Shown piece by piece: positions 18,227 through 27,644 of a stretch of 64,000 bases of DNA. The DNA lies in assembly GCA_965203805.1 (NCBI GenBank), contig OZ241917.1, positions 2,816,001 to 2,880,000 on the forward strand, read 5' to 3'. The translations under genes and the position numbers were made by a program. The notes under the pieces are model-generated. The model worked only from the letters and a program-made list of their open reading frames with translations, did no database searches and was not told where the DNA came from. Source of the DNA: Candidatus Latescibacterota bacterium (GTDB lineage: Bacteria; Latescibacterota; UBA2968; GCA-2709665). Position 1 is the first letter of the stretch, and each line of letters opens with the position of its first letter.

Positions 18227-19921
18227 TCAAAATCGTGCAGCCAAACGTTCAACCTTCATCGACATATCGCCCTTCTTTAATATCAGAGCTTTATAAGGCT
18301 CTAACAAAAGCTTGATATTTCTTGGCTGTTCTTCTACCTCCGACTCCAAGTCTTTCGACATATCATTACCCAAAGTATCTTCCACTATGACGTCCTCATC
18401 TGGACGGAAAGCGAACTGAAAAATAGCATCTCGCTTGATGTGTCCCAAACTGATTTCGTCGCCTGCGGCATTTGTTATTTTCAAATCAACCTGCTTGCTC
18501 GCGGGCCCCAATCGAAGCCGTTCCGTGTGTTCCTGAACTTGATTCAGGCTGTCTGTAACCCGATATTTCAACGGATAGTACATTATCCAAGCGATCATAG
18601 CAATCAAGATTATCAAGCCAACAAGGAGTGCGACCCAGGCGATCCAGGGACCTTTAAGGGGTGTGATTTGCAATTCGCCAGAAATCGTACCACCTATCGG
18701 CACGACAGTTGCAGGCTGTTGATGGAGGTACTGGATAATATCAGTAGGCGTATAGATGCGGTTCAACACACCCGGCTGGTCGGTGAAGTACCGCGCTTTG
18801 TAAGCCTCTGTCATGCGAAACGAATTAGGCGGAATTTCTATAGACACAGCGAAATAATAGTCCGCTGGCACAGGGCCAATACGGACGAGGCTCAAGTAGT
18901 CCCAGAAATTTCGATGGTCTGGATAAAAAGGGCCAAAGTGTACCAGGCAGGTATAGACAGAGGTATGTTGGGTCGCAGACATAAGTGTATCTACGAGTGC
19001 TGGGGGGCTTACCCGACCGTAGTGATACGATCTACGGCCTAACAAAATGCGATCCTGCACCTTGCGGGCGTATACCTGCGGAGGTTGGACTTTAAACTCC
19101 GATCCTGCAGGTTCAATGTTAATGTGGCTGAGTCGTGATTGTAGTGTAAAATTAAAACGCAGTCGGCTTTTTTCACTAATTTCCGCAACGATTGGTCTGA
19201 TCAACCCGGGAGCTAAAATAATGGTATCATCAATCGGCTTCATCACCATCGGCTCCATTCCCTCGTTCTGCAAAACTGTGACGAGATGCTCAAATTGGGA
19301 GCGGAATTGTGGCTGCGTAAGCAACAGATAAAGGACAAAACCTTTCATTCCCCGGTAGTAGAGCCGACGATCAGGACGGATCCGGATTTCGGAATTGGGG
19401 TTCATGCTTTGCAGTTCGCTATGTCCTTTATGTGGGACGGGATTAGACAGAAGCCCTTCAAACATCCGCTTAAGAGGGATAGCCCGCAAAACTTTGATCG
19501 TATCGCGGTTAAAACAAGCATAAAGTGCTCTGGCGTCGAGATCGCTGGCTGCCTGAACATTGTCCGTGAGCATCATCACAATCGGCGCCCTGTCATATCC
19601 CGTATTAAATGCCGCCTCAAGATTGGTATATCCACCCCAGGTCTTTGTCTTTTGGAAACTCTCGGCACCCTGCCAGGCTACTGTATCTGGCCGGCTTGAA
19701 ACAAAAAAAACTGTCTCTGAGGGAATGTCCTTCTGGTCGCACGCCTTTTTCAGGATATTGACCAGAATATTGAGTTCTTTACTGTTGTCGAAACCAGTCA
19801 TCGAACCAGAGCCGTCAATCTGTATGCTCACTCTTTGGGCATATACCGACGATGCTTGTGCGAACAATATGCCCAATATGATAATAAAATAGGCCACTGC
19901 CTTAGGCCTCTCTATCCCCAT
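18227..19921 (-). CDS. Signal-peptide vWA-domain single-pass membrane protein
   Basis: Signal peptide; MIDAS IDGSGSM, YTNL, LTDN; TM PWIAWVALLVGLIILIAMIAW. Confidence 0.72.
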   Translation of the reverse strand: MGIERPKAVAYFIIILGILFAQASSVYAQRVSIQIDGSGSMTGFDNSKELNILVNILKKACDQKDIPSETVFFVSSRPDTVAWQGAESFQKTKTWGGYTNLEAAFNTGYDRAPIVMMLTDNVQAASDLDARALYACFNRDTIKVLRAIPLKRMFEGLLSNPVPHKGHSELQSMNPNSEIRIRPDRRLYYRGMKGFVLYLLLTQPQFRSQFEHLVTVLQNEGMEPMVMKPIDDTIILAPGLIRPIVAEISEKSRLRFNFTLQSRLSHINIEPAGSEFKVQPPQVYARKVQDRILLGRRSYHYGRVSPPALVDTLMSATQHTSVYTCLVHFGPFYPDHRNFWDYLSLVRIGPVPADYYFAVSIEIPPNSFRMTEAYKARYFTDQPGVLNRIYTPTDIIQYLHQQPATVVPIGGTISGELQITPLKGPWIAWVALLVGLIILIAMIAWIMYYPLKYRVTDSLNQVQEHTERLRLGPASKQVDLKITNAAGDEISLGHIKRDAIFQFAFRPDEDVIVEDTLGNDMSKDLESEVEEQPRNIKLLLEPYKALILKKGDMSMKVERLAARF

Positions 19922-21149
19922 TGAGAGGATAACAGTACAGCATTGTGGAATTATCTTCTCTCATCAAGACATATACACTATGCCCAAAACCTGCTGGTGC
20001 GGTCACAGCAGTCAGACCAGTGTTGAACGACCAGAAGCGCGGACGAGAAATGCCATTGTTGCGGTCAAAATGGAATAGTGACACGAGGGGCAACCCATTA
20101 GGATCTTCATTATCTTGAAAACCTATGAGAACATTGCCAAAAGAGCTACACATGTCCGTCTGACTCATGAAGGCTGGATACGCTCTATCAACACTACTAT
20201 CCAGGGGATTCACTAAATTTACGCCTTCAGATGTGACCACAACGAACCAATTCTGATCGTCAATGTCTATGGAGTGAAGGGCTGTCGCACGGAGATCAGG
20301 TATGGTATCTGTAATGGGTTCGAGATTATCCTGAGTAAAAGAAATTATCCTGACATCACCATTCTCTTGTCTGGACGCTAAGCGAAGCAGGCCAGTGCAG
20401 TTTGATCCTACGCAATGGCTCTTGCCCCCTTCTTCAAATCCTTCATAAGGCTCCGAGACACCATCATCTGTCAACAAGGCCATGTTATACTCACCTACGA
20501 GCGCCACCATAAAATCTCCGCCTTGCAGTGGAACCAGCGTTTCAATATCAAATGGCGTGTCTATTTCTCGAGGTTTGTAAGCAGTTTCCTCTCCTTCTAC
20601 CCAAAAATTATTGATGGATGGTGTATCTCCTATTCTTATTCGACGATTTGCTTCGTCAAGTACGAGCAACCGATTTTTGAACAACCAAAATTTCTGTACA
20701 TTCTCGGCACATGGCCACCAATTCGTGCTCATAGCCATATAGTCGCTGCAGAGCGCAGACACCGGAAAAACATGGAGATTACCGTGAGTGTTCAGGACAT
20801 ATATCCAACACTGGTCAAAGCGAACTTCGGCGATTCCCTCGGTGATGTGTGAGAGAAAAAAAGGGGTGCTTTCGTGGAGAGGGTTGGGAAAAACGACCAT
20901 ATTTCCCGTAGCTTTCTCAACAACCAATGCAACGCCGAATATGTTCAAGAGCAAATCAGGTTTTCCTCTAAGCGGAACTATGTGTTCCTCGGGCGGGCGA
21001 CTTTCCGTGGGCGCTACGGGTGCTGCAACTAGAGTCGCTTTATCCGGGAGACTGCCACATTGAGAGCAGAAATTGGCGAGTGGCGGGTTGGTTTCTGCAC
21101 CACAGGCGTTACATTTCCACGTGTTTGTCGTCCAATTCCATTTGACCAT
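19902..21149 (-). CDS. Zn-ribbon protein with beta-rich (possibly propeller) C-terminus
   Basis: CNAC..CSQC N-terminus; 20-bp overlap with the next gene. Confidence 0.6.
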   Translation of the reverse strand: MVKWNWTTNTWKCNACGAETNPPLANFCSQCGSLPDKATLVAAPVAPTESRPPEEHIVPLRGKPDLLLNIFGVALVVEKATGNMVVFPNPLHESTPFFLSHITEGIAEVRFDQCWIYVLNTHGNLHVFPVSALCSDYMAMSTNWWPCAENVQKFWLFKNRLLVLDEANRRIRIGDTPSINNFWVEGEETAYKPREIDTPFDIETLVPLQGGDFMVALVGEYNMALLTDDGVSEPYEGFEEGGKSHCVGSNCTGLLRLASRQENGDVRIISFTQDNLEPITDTIPDLRATALHSIDIDDQNWFVVVTSEGVNLVNPLDSSVDRAYPAFMSQTDMCSSFGNVLIGFQDNEDPNGLPLVSLFHFDRNNGISRPRFWSFNTGLTAVTAPAGFGHSVYVLMREDNSTMLYCYPLNGDREA

Positions 21150-21272
21150 CGAGTCGGCCCTCGCCCCCAGGTAAGCGGGTTCTTGGAACTTACAGTAAGT
21201 CTTCTACGCAAGATGCGTTCATGTTTCTTCATGCTCCCAGCTAACGAAAAGCGTTGAAATCCCCCACCACGG

Positions 21273-21521
21273 TCGCCGACCCTTCGACCCTTCGGCAGGC
21301 TCAGGGCAACGCATGCTCAGGGAGCGGCTCTGAATGCAGGCTCAATGAGATTCGTCTCCTGTATTCCTTAATTTGCGCGATCTATGGTGAATCGATTCAC
21401 TGCCATTACTCGTTTTGCCGCGCTTTTTGGTTTTCATCCTGTCGATCTTGCCTGCCTGTGCCGCCTGCCTGTGCGTGCTGTCGCCCGCACGCAGACAGGT
21501 GCCCGGCACGGCAGACAGGCC
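21273..21521. repeat. Nested REP-like palindromes at the island edge
   Basis: Reverse complement of gagccgctccctgagc..gtcgaagggtcggcga (cf. 4118) with an internal copy; nested gcctgcctg..cagacaggc at ~21450-21521. Confidence 0.65.
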
Positions 21522-21559
21522 ATCCATGTAAGTTTCATTTTCCGAATTCAAAACGCCAT

Positions 21560-22651
21560 TCAAGGCTCAACCGTTACTTTGATGGACCGCTCACCGGCCG
21601 CGACGAGGTCGAAGCCATCCTGGAATCTCTCGAGCGGCAGGCGATGGGTCACGATGCGGTCCATCGGCAGGAGGCCCTTCCGGATCATATCGATCGCGAT
21701 GGGATAACATCCGGGCCCCAGGTGGGCGCCGTGGATGTTGAGTTCCTTGGTGTCGCCGATGATCGTCCAGTCCGTCGTTACGGGCTCCCGCATCACGCTG
21801 AATTCGACGAAAGTGCCGAGTTTGCAGATCATGTGCAGGCCCTGTTCCACGGCGGCCGGGTGCCCGGTCGCTTCGATGTAGACGTCGCATCCGTATCCAT
21901 CGGTGACGTGGCGCACTTCGCGGACGACGTCTGTTTTTCCCGGATTGAAGACCAGGTCCGCGCCGCAGGCTCTCGCCACGTCCAGGCGGTCGTCGTTAAG
22001 GTCCAGGGCGACGAGCAGCCGGGGGTTCTTGAGGCGGGCGGCGGCGACCATTCCCAGCCCCAGTGGTCCCGCGCCGGCGATGACCACGGTGTGGTCCAGT
22101 TCGACTTCGCCGCGTTGGACCGCGTGAACGGCGCAAGCCAGGGGCTCGATGTACACCGCGTGGTGGGCCGGAATCCCCGTGGGGACTCTATAATTGAGCG
22201 CGTCGGCGGGGAAACGCATGAATTCGGCCATCGCGCCGAAGGTGTTCTGCCGGAAGCCGTAAATGTCGTGACGCATGCACATCCAGTACTGGCCGCGCCG
22301 GCAATAGCGGCACGCGTGGCACGGGACGATCTGTTCGGAAATCGCCGTGTCGCCAATGGCCAGTCCGTATTTCTCTCCGGCGCCCGGACCGAGCATAACC
22401 ACCTCGCCGATGAATTCATGGCCCGGGACGACGGGGGCCTGGCAGTACCCCTTCCGGTGTTCGTCTCCCCAGAAGAGCGGTGCGCCGAGATAGCATTTGA
22501 GATCGCTGGCGCAGATCCCCGCGGACCTGACGCGGACAACGACCTCCTCCGGTCCCGGAAGCGGCACGGGGCGTTCTTCCAGCCGGTAGTCTTCGGGTCC
22601 ATGGCAGACAACCGCAGGCATGGTATCCGGAAGTCCGGTTTGCGTCGTCAA
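21560..22651 (-). CDS. Zn-dependent polyol dehydrogenase (erythritol/L-threitol dehydrogenase-like MDR)
   Basis: GICASD, GHEF, CHACRYCRRG..C Zn sites, GAGPLG. Confidence 0.88.
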   Translation of the reverse strand: MTTQTGLPDTMPAVVCHGPEDYRLEERPVPLPGPEEVVVRVRSAGICASDLKCYLGAPLFWGDEHRKGYCQAPVVPGHEFIGEVVMLGPGAGEKYGLAIGDTAISEQIVPCHACRYCRRGQYWMCMRHDIYGFRQNTFGAMAEFMRFPADALNYRVPTGIPAHHAVYIEPLACAVHAVQRGEVELDHTVVIAGAGPLGLGMVAAARLKNPRLLVALDLNDDRLDVARACGADLVFNPGKTDVVREVRHVTDGYGCDVYIEATGHPAAVEQGLHMICKLGTFVEFSVMREPVTTDWTIIGDTKELNIHGAHLGPGCYPIAIDMIRKGLLPMDRIVTHRLPLERFQDGFDLVAAGERSIKVTVEP

Positions 22652-22944
22652 CGGCGAACTCCTCCGAAGCCCGGCCAGGCTTTGAATTTCCTGCCTGCGG
22701 AGAACACGGACCCGTCCCCGACGGGCAGACGTCCGCGGGTTTCTTTACAATACCAGACAGTCGAATCCGTGCTTCGACAACAATCGTGCGTCTGCCGGAG
22801 ACACCAAGATAGGACGAAACAACACAGATGGCAACCGAATCGAATGGATTGGTCGCCAGGGTTTTTCCTTGTGTCCGCCTTATCCGCTTATTTACATTGT
22901 GGAGCAAATTTCCGTGCGCTTGAAGACCTGATTCAGAGGAGAGA

Positions 22945-25900
22945 TTGATGGACCGTCGTGATGCGATGTGGCTGCTGGTATTCGTGGTTCTGGGCGTGGG
23001 CGGGCTGGCGGTTTTTCTGAATTTCTATAACGAAGCGATTCCGTCCGCGTCGCTGGACTTCAAATTGAGCCGCGACGAAGTACACCAGAAGGCACAGGGT
23101 TATCTGGAGAGTCTGGGATACGATCTTGCCGACTACGAGAGCGCCCAGATATTTTCAAGCAGCCAGATGCAGCAGATCTTCCTGGAACAAACGCTCGGCC
23201 TGGAGGAGACCAACCGGCTGGCGCGGGAATGGCTGTCGGTCTGGTCCTGGAGCGTGCGGTGGTTCAGGCCGCTGCAGAAGGAGGAACTTCGGGTGGGGCT
23301 TGATCCGGGCGGGCGGATCGTCGGATTCTCGCACCGAATCCTGGAATCGGATGAAGGCGCCGGCATTGCGCAGGACGACGCCCTGGCAATAGCATCCGAT
23401 TTCCTGCGGAATACGCAGGGGTACGACTTGGGCGCCTACGAACTGATCGACCGTTCCAGCACGGAACGCAAGGCCCGGGTGGATCACCGGTTCGCCTTCC
23501 GGAAAAAGGACTTCACCGTAGGAGACGACGGACACTACCGGCTGGACGTCGTGGTTCACGGCGACCGTGTCGGTCGGTTCAGCGAGTACCTGAAAGTGCC
23601 GGATAGTTTCTCCCGGAGTTACCGCGAGGTGCGTTCAAGGGCGAATCTGTTGACTCAGGTTTTTTTGCCGTTCTGGCTCGCGCTCGGCGTCGCCATGCTG
23701 GTGATTCTGGTCAAGAACTATCGCCGAAAGCGGTTGCGCTGGCAAGCCGGCCTGGTCGTGGGAACACTCGTCGCCATCGCCTGGCTTGCGGCAAACGTCA
23801 ATGCCCTGCCTCTCGCGCTGTATAATTTCGATACAACGGTCACCTACGGCGCCTTTCTGGTGACACTGCTCTTCAGTGCCGTCCTGATCGCGGCGGTTTA
23901 CGGCGGGATCGTCTGTCTGGCCGGGACCGCGGGCGGCGTTCTCGAAAGAGACGTGTTGTCTGTGGGACGCGTGAGCCCGCTGGGGCGCCTGTCGCTTAGG
24001 GGGATATTTTCGGCAGGATTTCTGCGATCCACGGTTGTGGGTTACGGCGCCGCCGGGGCCGTGCTGGGTTACGTCGCTGTGTTTTACCTGCTTGGCGGGC
24101 GGTATTTCGACGTCTGGGTGCCAGCGGACGTCAGTGAGTACAACAATGCATTCAGCACGGCTATTCCCTGGATTTACCCGTTGCTGGTGGGATTGTCAGC
24201 CGCAGCGGTCGAGGAGTTTTTCTTCCGTCTGCTGGCGATTCCGCTGCTGATCAGATGGTTGAAACGGCCCTGGCTGGCGGTGTTGCTGCCGGCGGTGGTG
24301 TGGGCGTTTCTGCATTCCAATTATCCGCACGAGCCCATCTACGTACGCGGAATCGAGATTACCGTCATCGGGATCGTCTTTGGAATGCTGTTCTTGCGTT
24401 TCGGGATCTGGGCGCCCATTATCGCCCACTACGCGATCAATGCGTTCATCGTGGCATTGCCCATGGTGAAATCTTCGAGTCTGTACTTCCAGGTATCAGG
24501 GGTGCTCGTCATCGGGATTCTGCTGGTTCCGGCCATCCCTGCTGCGTTCGCTGTCCTGACAGGGAGCTCACGAACCGAGGAAGTTGAAGACGTAGCAGAT
24601 GAGGAGGCGCCTGATGAACCGGTCGAATTCGAGGAACCGGCGCCCGAGCCCGAACGGGCGTCCGTGACTCAAAGAGACCCCGAAGCGTATTTGCCGGATC
24701 GCCAGAGGTGGATTGTCACCGGGGTGTGTATCGTCGCAGGGATCGCGTTGATGATCGGTTTCCACGTGGACCGGTTCGGTTCTCGTACATTAAAGCTCGA
24801 AGTGACCCGGAGCCAGGCGACAGGGGTCGCGGAGGCGTTCTGTACGGAGCTTGGCCTGGATGTCTCGGAATACCGCAGGTCGGTGCAGTTTCGCAGCGGG
24901 GTCGGGGCCTCGCATAATACACATCTGATCCGAAACGCGGGGGTCGCGCGGGCGGACACCCTGATGGCAGAGAACACAACACCATGGTATTGGCACGTTC
25001 GCTGGTTCAAGCCGATGGAGAAAGAGGAGATCCAGGTCCGCGTGGACGCATCGGGGCGCGTTGCAGGAATAAACCATATCATTCCGGAGACACGGGCGGG
25101 GCCGGAATTGGAGACCGAAGCTGCGCGAGCGAAGGCGGAGGCGTTTGTTGTGGAGAAGTTCGAGCGGCCCGTGACGGATTCAACGCAATACAAGCTGCTG
25201 GAGGCCCGTTCTGAGAAGGAAAAGGAACGGATGGACCACCATTTCGTCTGGGAGCGGATCGACCGGAAAATCGAGGACGGCGAGTTCCGCGTCAATGCGC
25301 GGGTCCAGGGCGACGAGGTGGGATTCTTCAGTACCCGATACAAGGCGCCGGAGGCATTCCTTCGATCTCTCCGGGAACGCGGCGCCGGACGGGCGTTGGC
25401 TTCAATTGTGCCCGTCCTGCTGGTACTGGCGACGCTCATATTGGCAGGTGTTTATTTCTTCCGGTACTACCGCGCAAGTGAGATTCGCTGGAAGCTGCCG
25501 ATAGGCATCGGCATTGCGGTTGTGTTTTTGACCCTGTTGAACTGGATCAATTCCCTGCCGACCTTCTTCCACGGTTACGACACGAGCCAGGCGATGATGA
25601 CCTATCTGGGTATCCAGGGCGTCGGCCTGCTGATCGGGACACCGATGATGGGGCTCGCGACAGCGGCCCTGTTTGCGTTGATGACGGCGATGATGGGGTC
25701 GCTCTACCCGGAGGAGATGGGAGCCGGCAGGTGGCTGGGGCTCCTGCGGATGCGGGATGGCAGTGTGCGCTTCTGGTCGGGCACGCTGGTTCTGGCGGCG
25801 GCGTTTCTGCTACTCTGGAAGGGTACGGAGAGTATCGCAATGTACGTGAAATATAACGGCTTGACGGAGTATCTGGAGGCGGGCGGATTCAACCTGCCGC

Positions 25901-26358
25901 GAATCAATACCTATCTTCCCTTTCTTGACGCCGCATGTGACGCGGCCCTGGACCTGATCGAACCATTCGCCGTGCTGGCGATCCTGCTGGTCTGGAAGGC
26001 CGGGGTGAAACGAGCATGGTTGATTGTGGCGGGATTCGCGATCGCCATATTGTCCTCCGACGCGATCGAACCCGCCGAGAGCTTCTATCACTTTTCCGTC
26101 CTGGCCGGCCTGGCGCTCGTCAAACTGGGCGTGCTGGTTTTCCTTATTGCCTGGCTGGTCCGGTTCAATCTGATGGCCTATCTCGTCGCCGTCTGGTCCG
26201 CCACGCTCATCCCCGGCCCTGGAATCGGGTTCATTCAACGGACAACGGACACCGTCTACCAGTGGAATGGCATCGCGATGGTCGTGCTCGGCCTGGCGCC
26301 GCTGCTCTTCCTGATGGCTGCGTATCTGCGCGAGCGACGGGAACGCATCGCACGATGA
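22945..26358 (+). CDS. Large CPBP (CAAX/Abi) intramembrane metalloprotease with an internal duplication
   Basis: EEFFFR, FLHSNY, AHYAIN motifs; two copies of WxVRWFxPxxKEE. Confidence 0.85.
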   Translation: MMDRRDAMWLLVFVVLGVGGLAVFLNFYNEAIPSASLDFKLSRDEVHQKAQGYLESLGYDLADYESAQIFSSSQMQQIFLEQTLGLEETNRLAREWLSVWSWSVRWFRPLQKEELRVGLDPGGRIVGFSHRILESDEGAGIAQDDALAIASDFLRNTQGYDLGAYELIDRSSTERKARVDHRFAFRKKDFTVGDDGHYRLDVVVHGDRVGRFSEYLKVPDSFSRSYREVRSRANLLTQVFLPFWLALGVAMLVILVKNYRRKRLRWQAGLVVGTLVAIAWLAANVNALPLALYNFDTTVTYGAFLVTLLFSAVLIAAVYGGIVCLAGTAGGVLERDVLSVGRVSPLGRLSLRGIFSAGFLRSTVVGYGAAGAVLGYVAVFYLLGGRYFDVWVPADVSEYNNAFSTAIPWIYPLLVGLSAAAVEEFFFRLLAIPLLIRWLKRPWLAVLLPAVVWAFLHSNYPHEPIYVRGIEITVIGIVFGMLFLRFGIWAPIIAHYAINAFIVALPMVKSSSLYFQVSGVLVIGILLVPAIPAAFAVLTGSSRTEEVEDVADEEAPDEPVEFEEPAPEPERASVTQRDPEAYLPDRQRWIVTGVCIVAGIALMIGFHVDRFGSRTLKLEVTRSQATGVAEAFCTELGLDVSEYRRSVQFRSGVGASHNTHLIRNAGVARADTLMAENTTPWYWHVRWFKPMEKEEIQVRVDASGRVAGINHIIPETRAGPELETEAARAKAEAFVVEKFERPVTDSTQYKLLEARSEKEKERMDHHFVWERIDRKIEDGEFRVNARVQGDEVGFFSTRYKAPEAFLRSLRERGAGRALASIVPVLLVLATLILAGVYFFRYYRASEIRWKLPIGIGIAVVFLTLLNWINSLPTFFHGYDTSQAMMTYLGIQGVGLLIGTPMMGLATAALFALMTAMMGSLYPEEMGAGRWLGLLRMRDGSVRFWSGTLVLAAAFLLLWKGTESIAMYVKYNGLTEYLEAGGFNLPRINTYLPFLDAACDAALDLIEPFAVLAILLVWKAGVKRAWLIVAGFAIAILSSDAIEPAESFYHFSVLAGLALVKLGVLVFLIAWLVRFNLMAYLVAVWSATLIPGPGIGFIQRTTDTVYQWNGIAMVVLGLAPLLFLMAAYLRERRERIAR

Positions 26359-27012
26359 TCACTCGGATTCCAGAACACCGGGATCCATTTCATGCCAGAA
26401 CACGTCACCGGATTCGATGACATTCCGAATGCGGTGGTCTCGATATAAGCCGGCTACTGCCGCGTGGGCGCGTCGCTGAGTAAACCTCGTCAGGAATCCG
26501 GCGTTGCGAATGGCCCTGGTGGTGTCCCTGCCGTTGACCGTGAATGAAATCTCCACGGCGACGTAGCAGGTTGCTTCTGCGCGGTCTATGGCTTCCATAA
26601 CCAGATCCGCCCTTCGGAAACTCCTCAGTTCGTCTGTGGCAATATCCGATGTGTCGGCGGCGTCGACAAGGTCCCAGAGTTCTTCCTGAGAGAGTGTCTT
26701 CAATCGCCGCAAACCCATCTCCCTGGCAATGAGAGCGGCATCTTCGAGGGCGGCATTTCTGGCGAGGATGCCTTTGATCTGCCCCACGTCCGCCTCAAGT
26801 CTGTTGAACCGCTTGTCAATTTGCGCTTCGAGGGTATCGAATCGTCTGTTCGCGACTTCGGTGAATCTGTTCAATTCGGCGACGAACTGCGTGAACCGTT
26901 CGGGCAGTTCAATCAGTTCACGCGAGAGTAGCCGTGCGCGCATGGCGTCGGCCCATTCGGGCTTTTCGTCCAGCAATTGTATCAGGTCTTCTATGGTATT
27001 AATGGTATTCAT
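26359..27012 (-). CDS. Hypothetical coiled-coil protein with PD-(D/E)XK-like C-terminus
   Basis: Heptad region followed by ADLVM..YVAVEISFT..D..RA. Confidence 0.55.
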   Translation of the reverse strand: MNTINTIEDLIQLLDEKPEWADAMRARLLSRELIELPERFTQFVAELNRFTEVANRRFDTLEAQIDKRFNRLEADVGQIKGILARNAALEDAALIAREMGLRRLKTLSQEELWDLVDAADTSDIATDELRSFRRADLVMEAIDRAEATCYVAVEISFTVNGRDTTRAIRNAGFLTRFTQRRAHAAVAGLYRDHRIRNVIESGDVFWHEMDPGVLESE

Positions 27013-27644
27013 ACAATTTACCGGCTAATAGAGAGTTGCTGAATTAACCTGAATTATCAATGAAAACCGGTGGATTTGCTATATAATCGGTTGATTCTCA
27101 AAGGCACTGGCGGAGAATATAACGAAAACCTTGCAGCGTCCGGAATCCGGTTGGCCGGCTAACGTTGGGGTTCCACGACGGACGGATTTTTCATTCGCGT
27201 GTTTTGTAGTTTCCAACCTTGATTCGTCATTATTCGGGGACGTTAATTCGAATATGTGAAAGTGAATAAGGGTGATTTAACTGCTGATTTCTATGATCCT
27301 TCAGGTCACCGGACGTGAACGGAAAAAATGTCCTTCCGGACGACCTTTTCGGCCCAATTCGAAAGGTGTTGTCGCGACGCCGCGTTGCTGATTTTGTCGC
27401 ATTAAGGCTAATAGGGAATATGGAGCATTCTTCCACCTATTTGGCTTAATCCTGTCCCTCCATGTAAGTTCCGTCTTAGTGAATTAATGGGGATACGTGA
27501 ATGACCTTTCGAATGAGATGCGCCGTGTCAATTTCGAATATATCCTTCTTGGCTGCTCAAGTCAAATCGTCACGCCTTTCGCCTATTACTTTCTATGTCT
27601 CAAGTGGCCTTTCAAAAAAGCCCACTGCCAGATAGAACCGTTCG

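Noticed and set aside
21254-22948. 564-aa plus-strand ORF
   Set aside because: Antisense to the dehydrogenase and runs through REP elements
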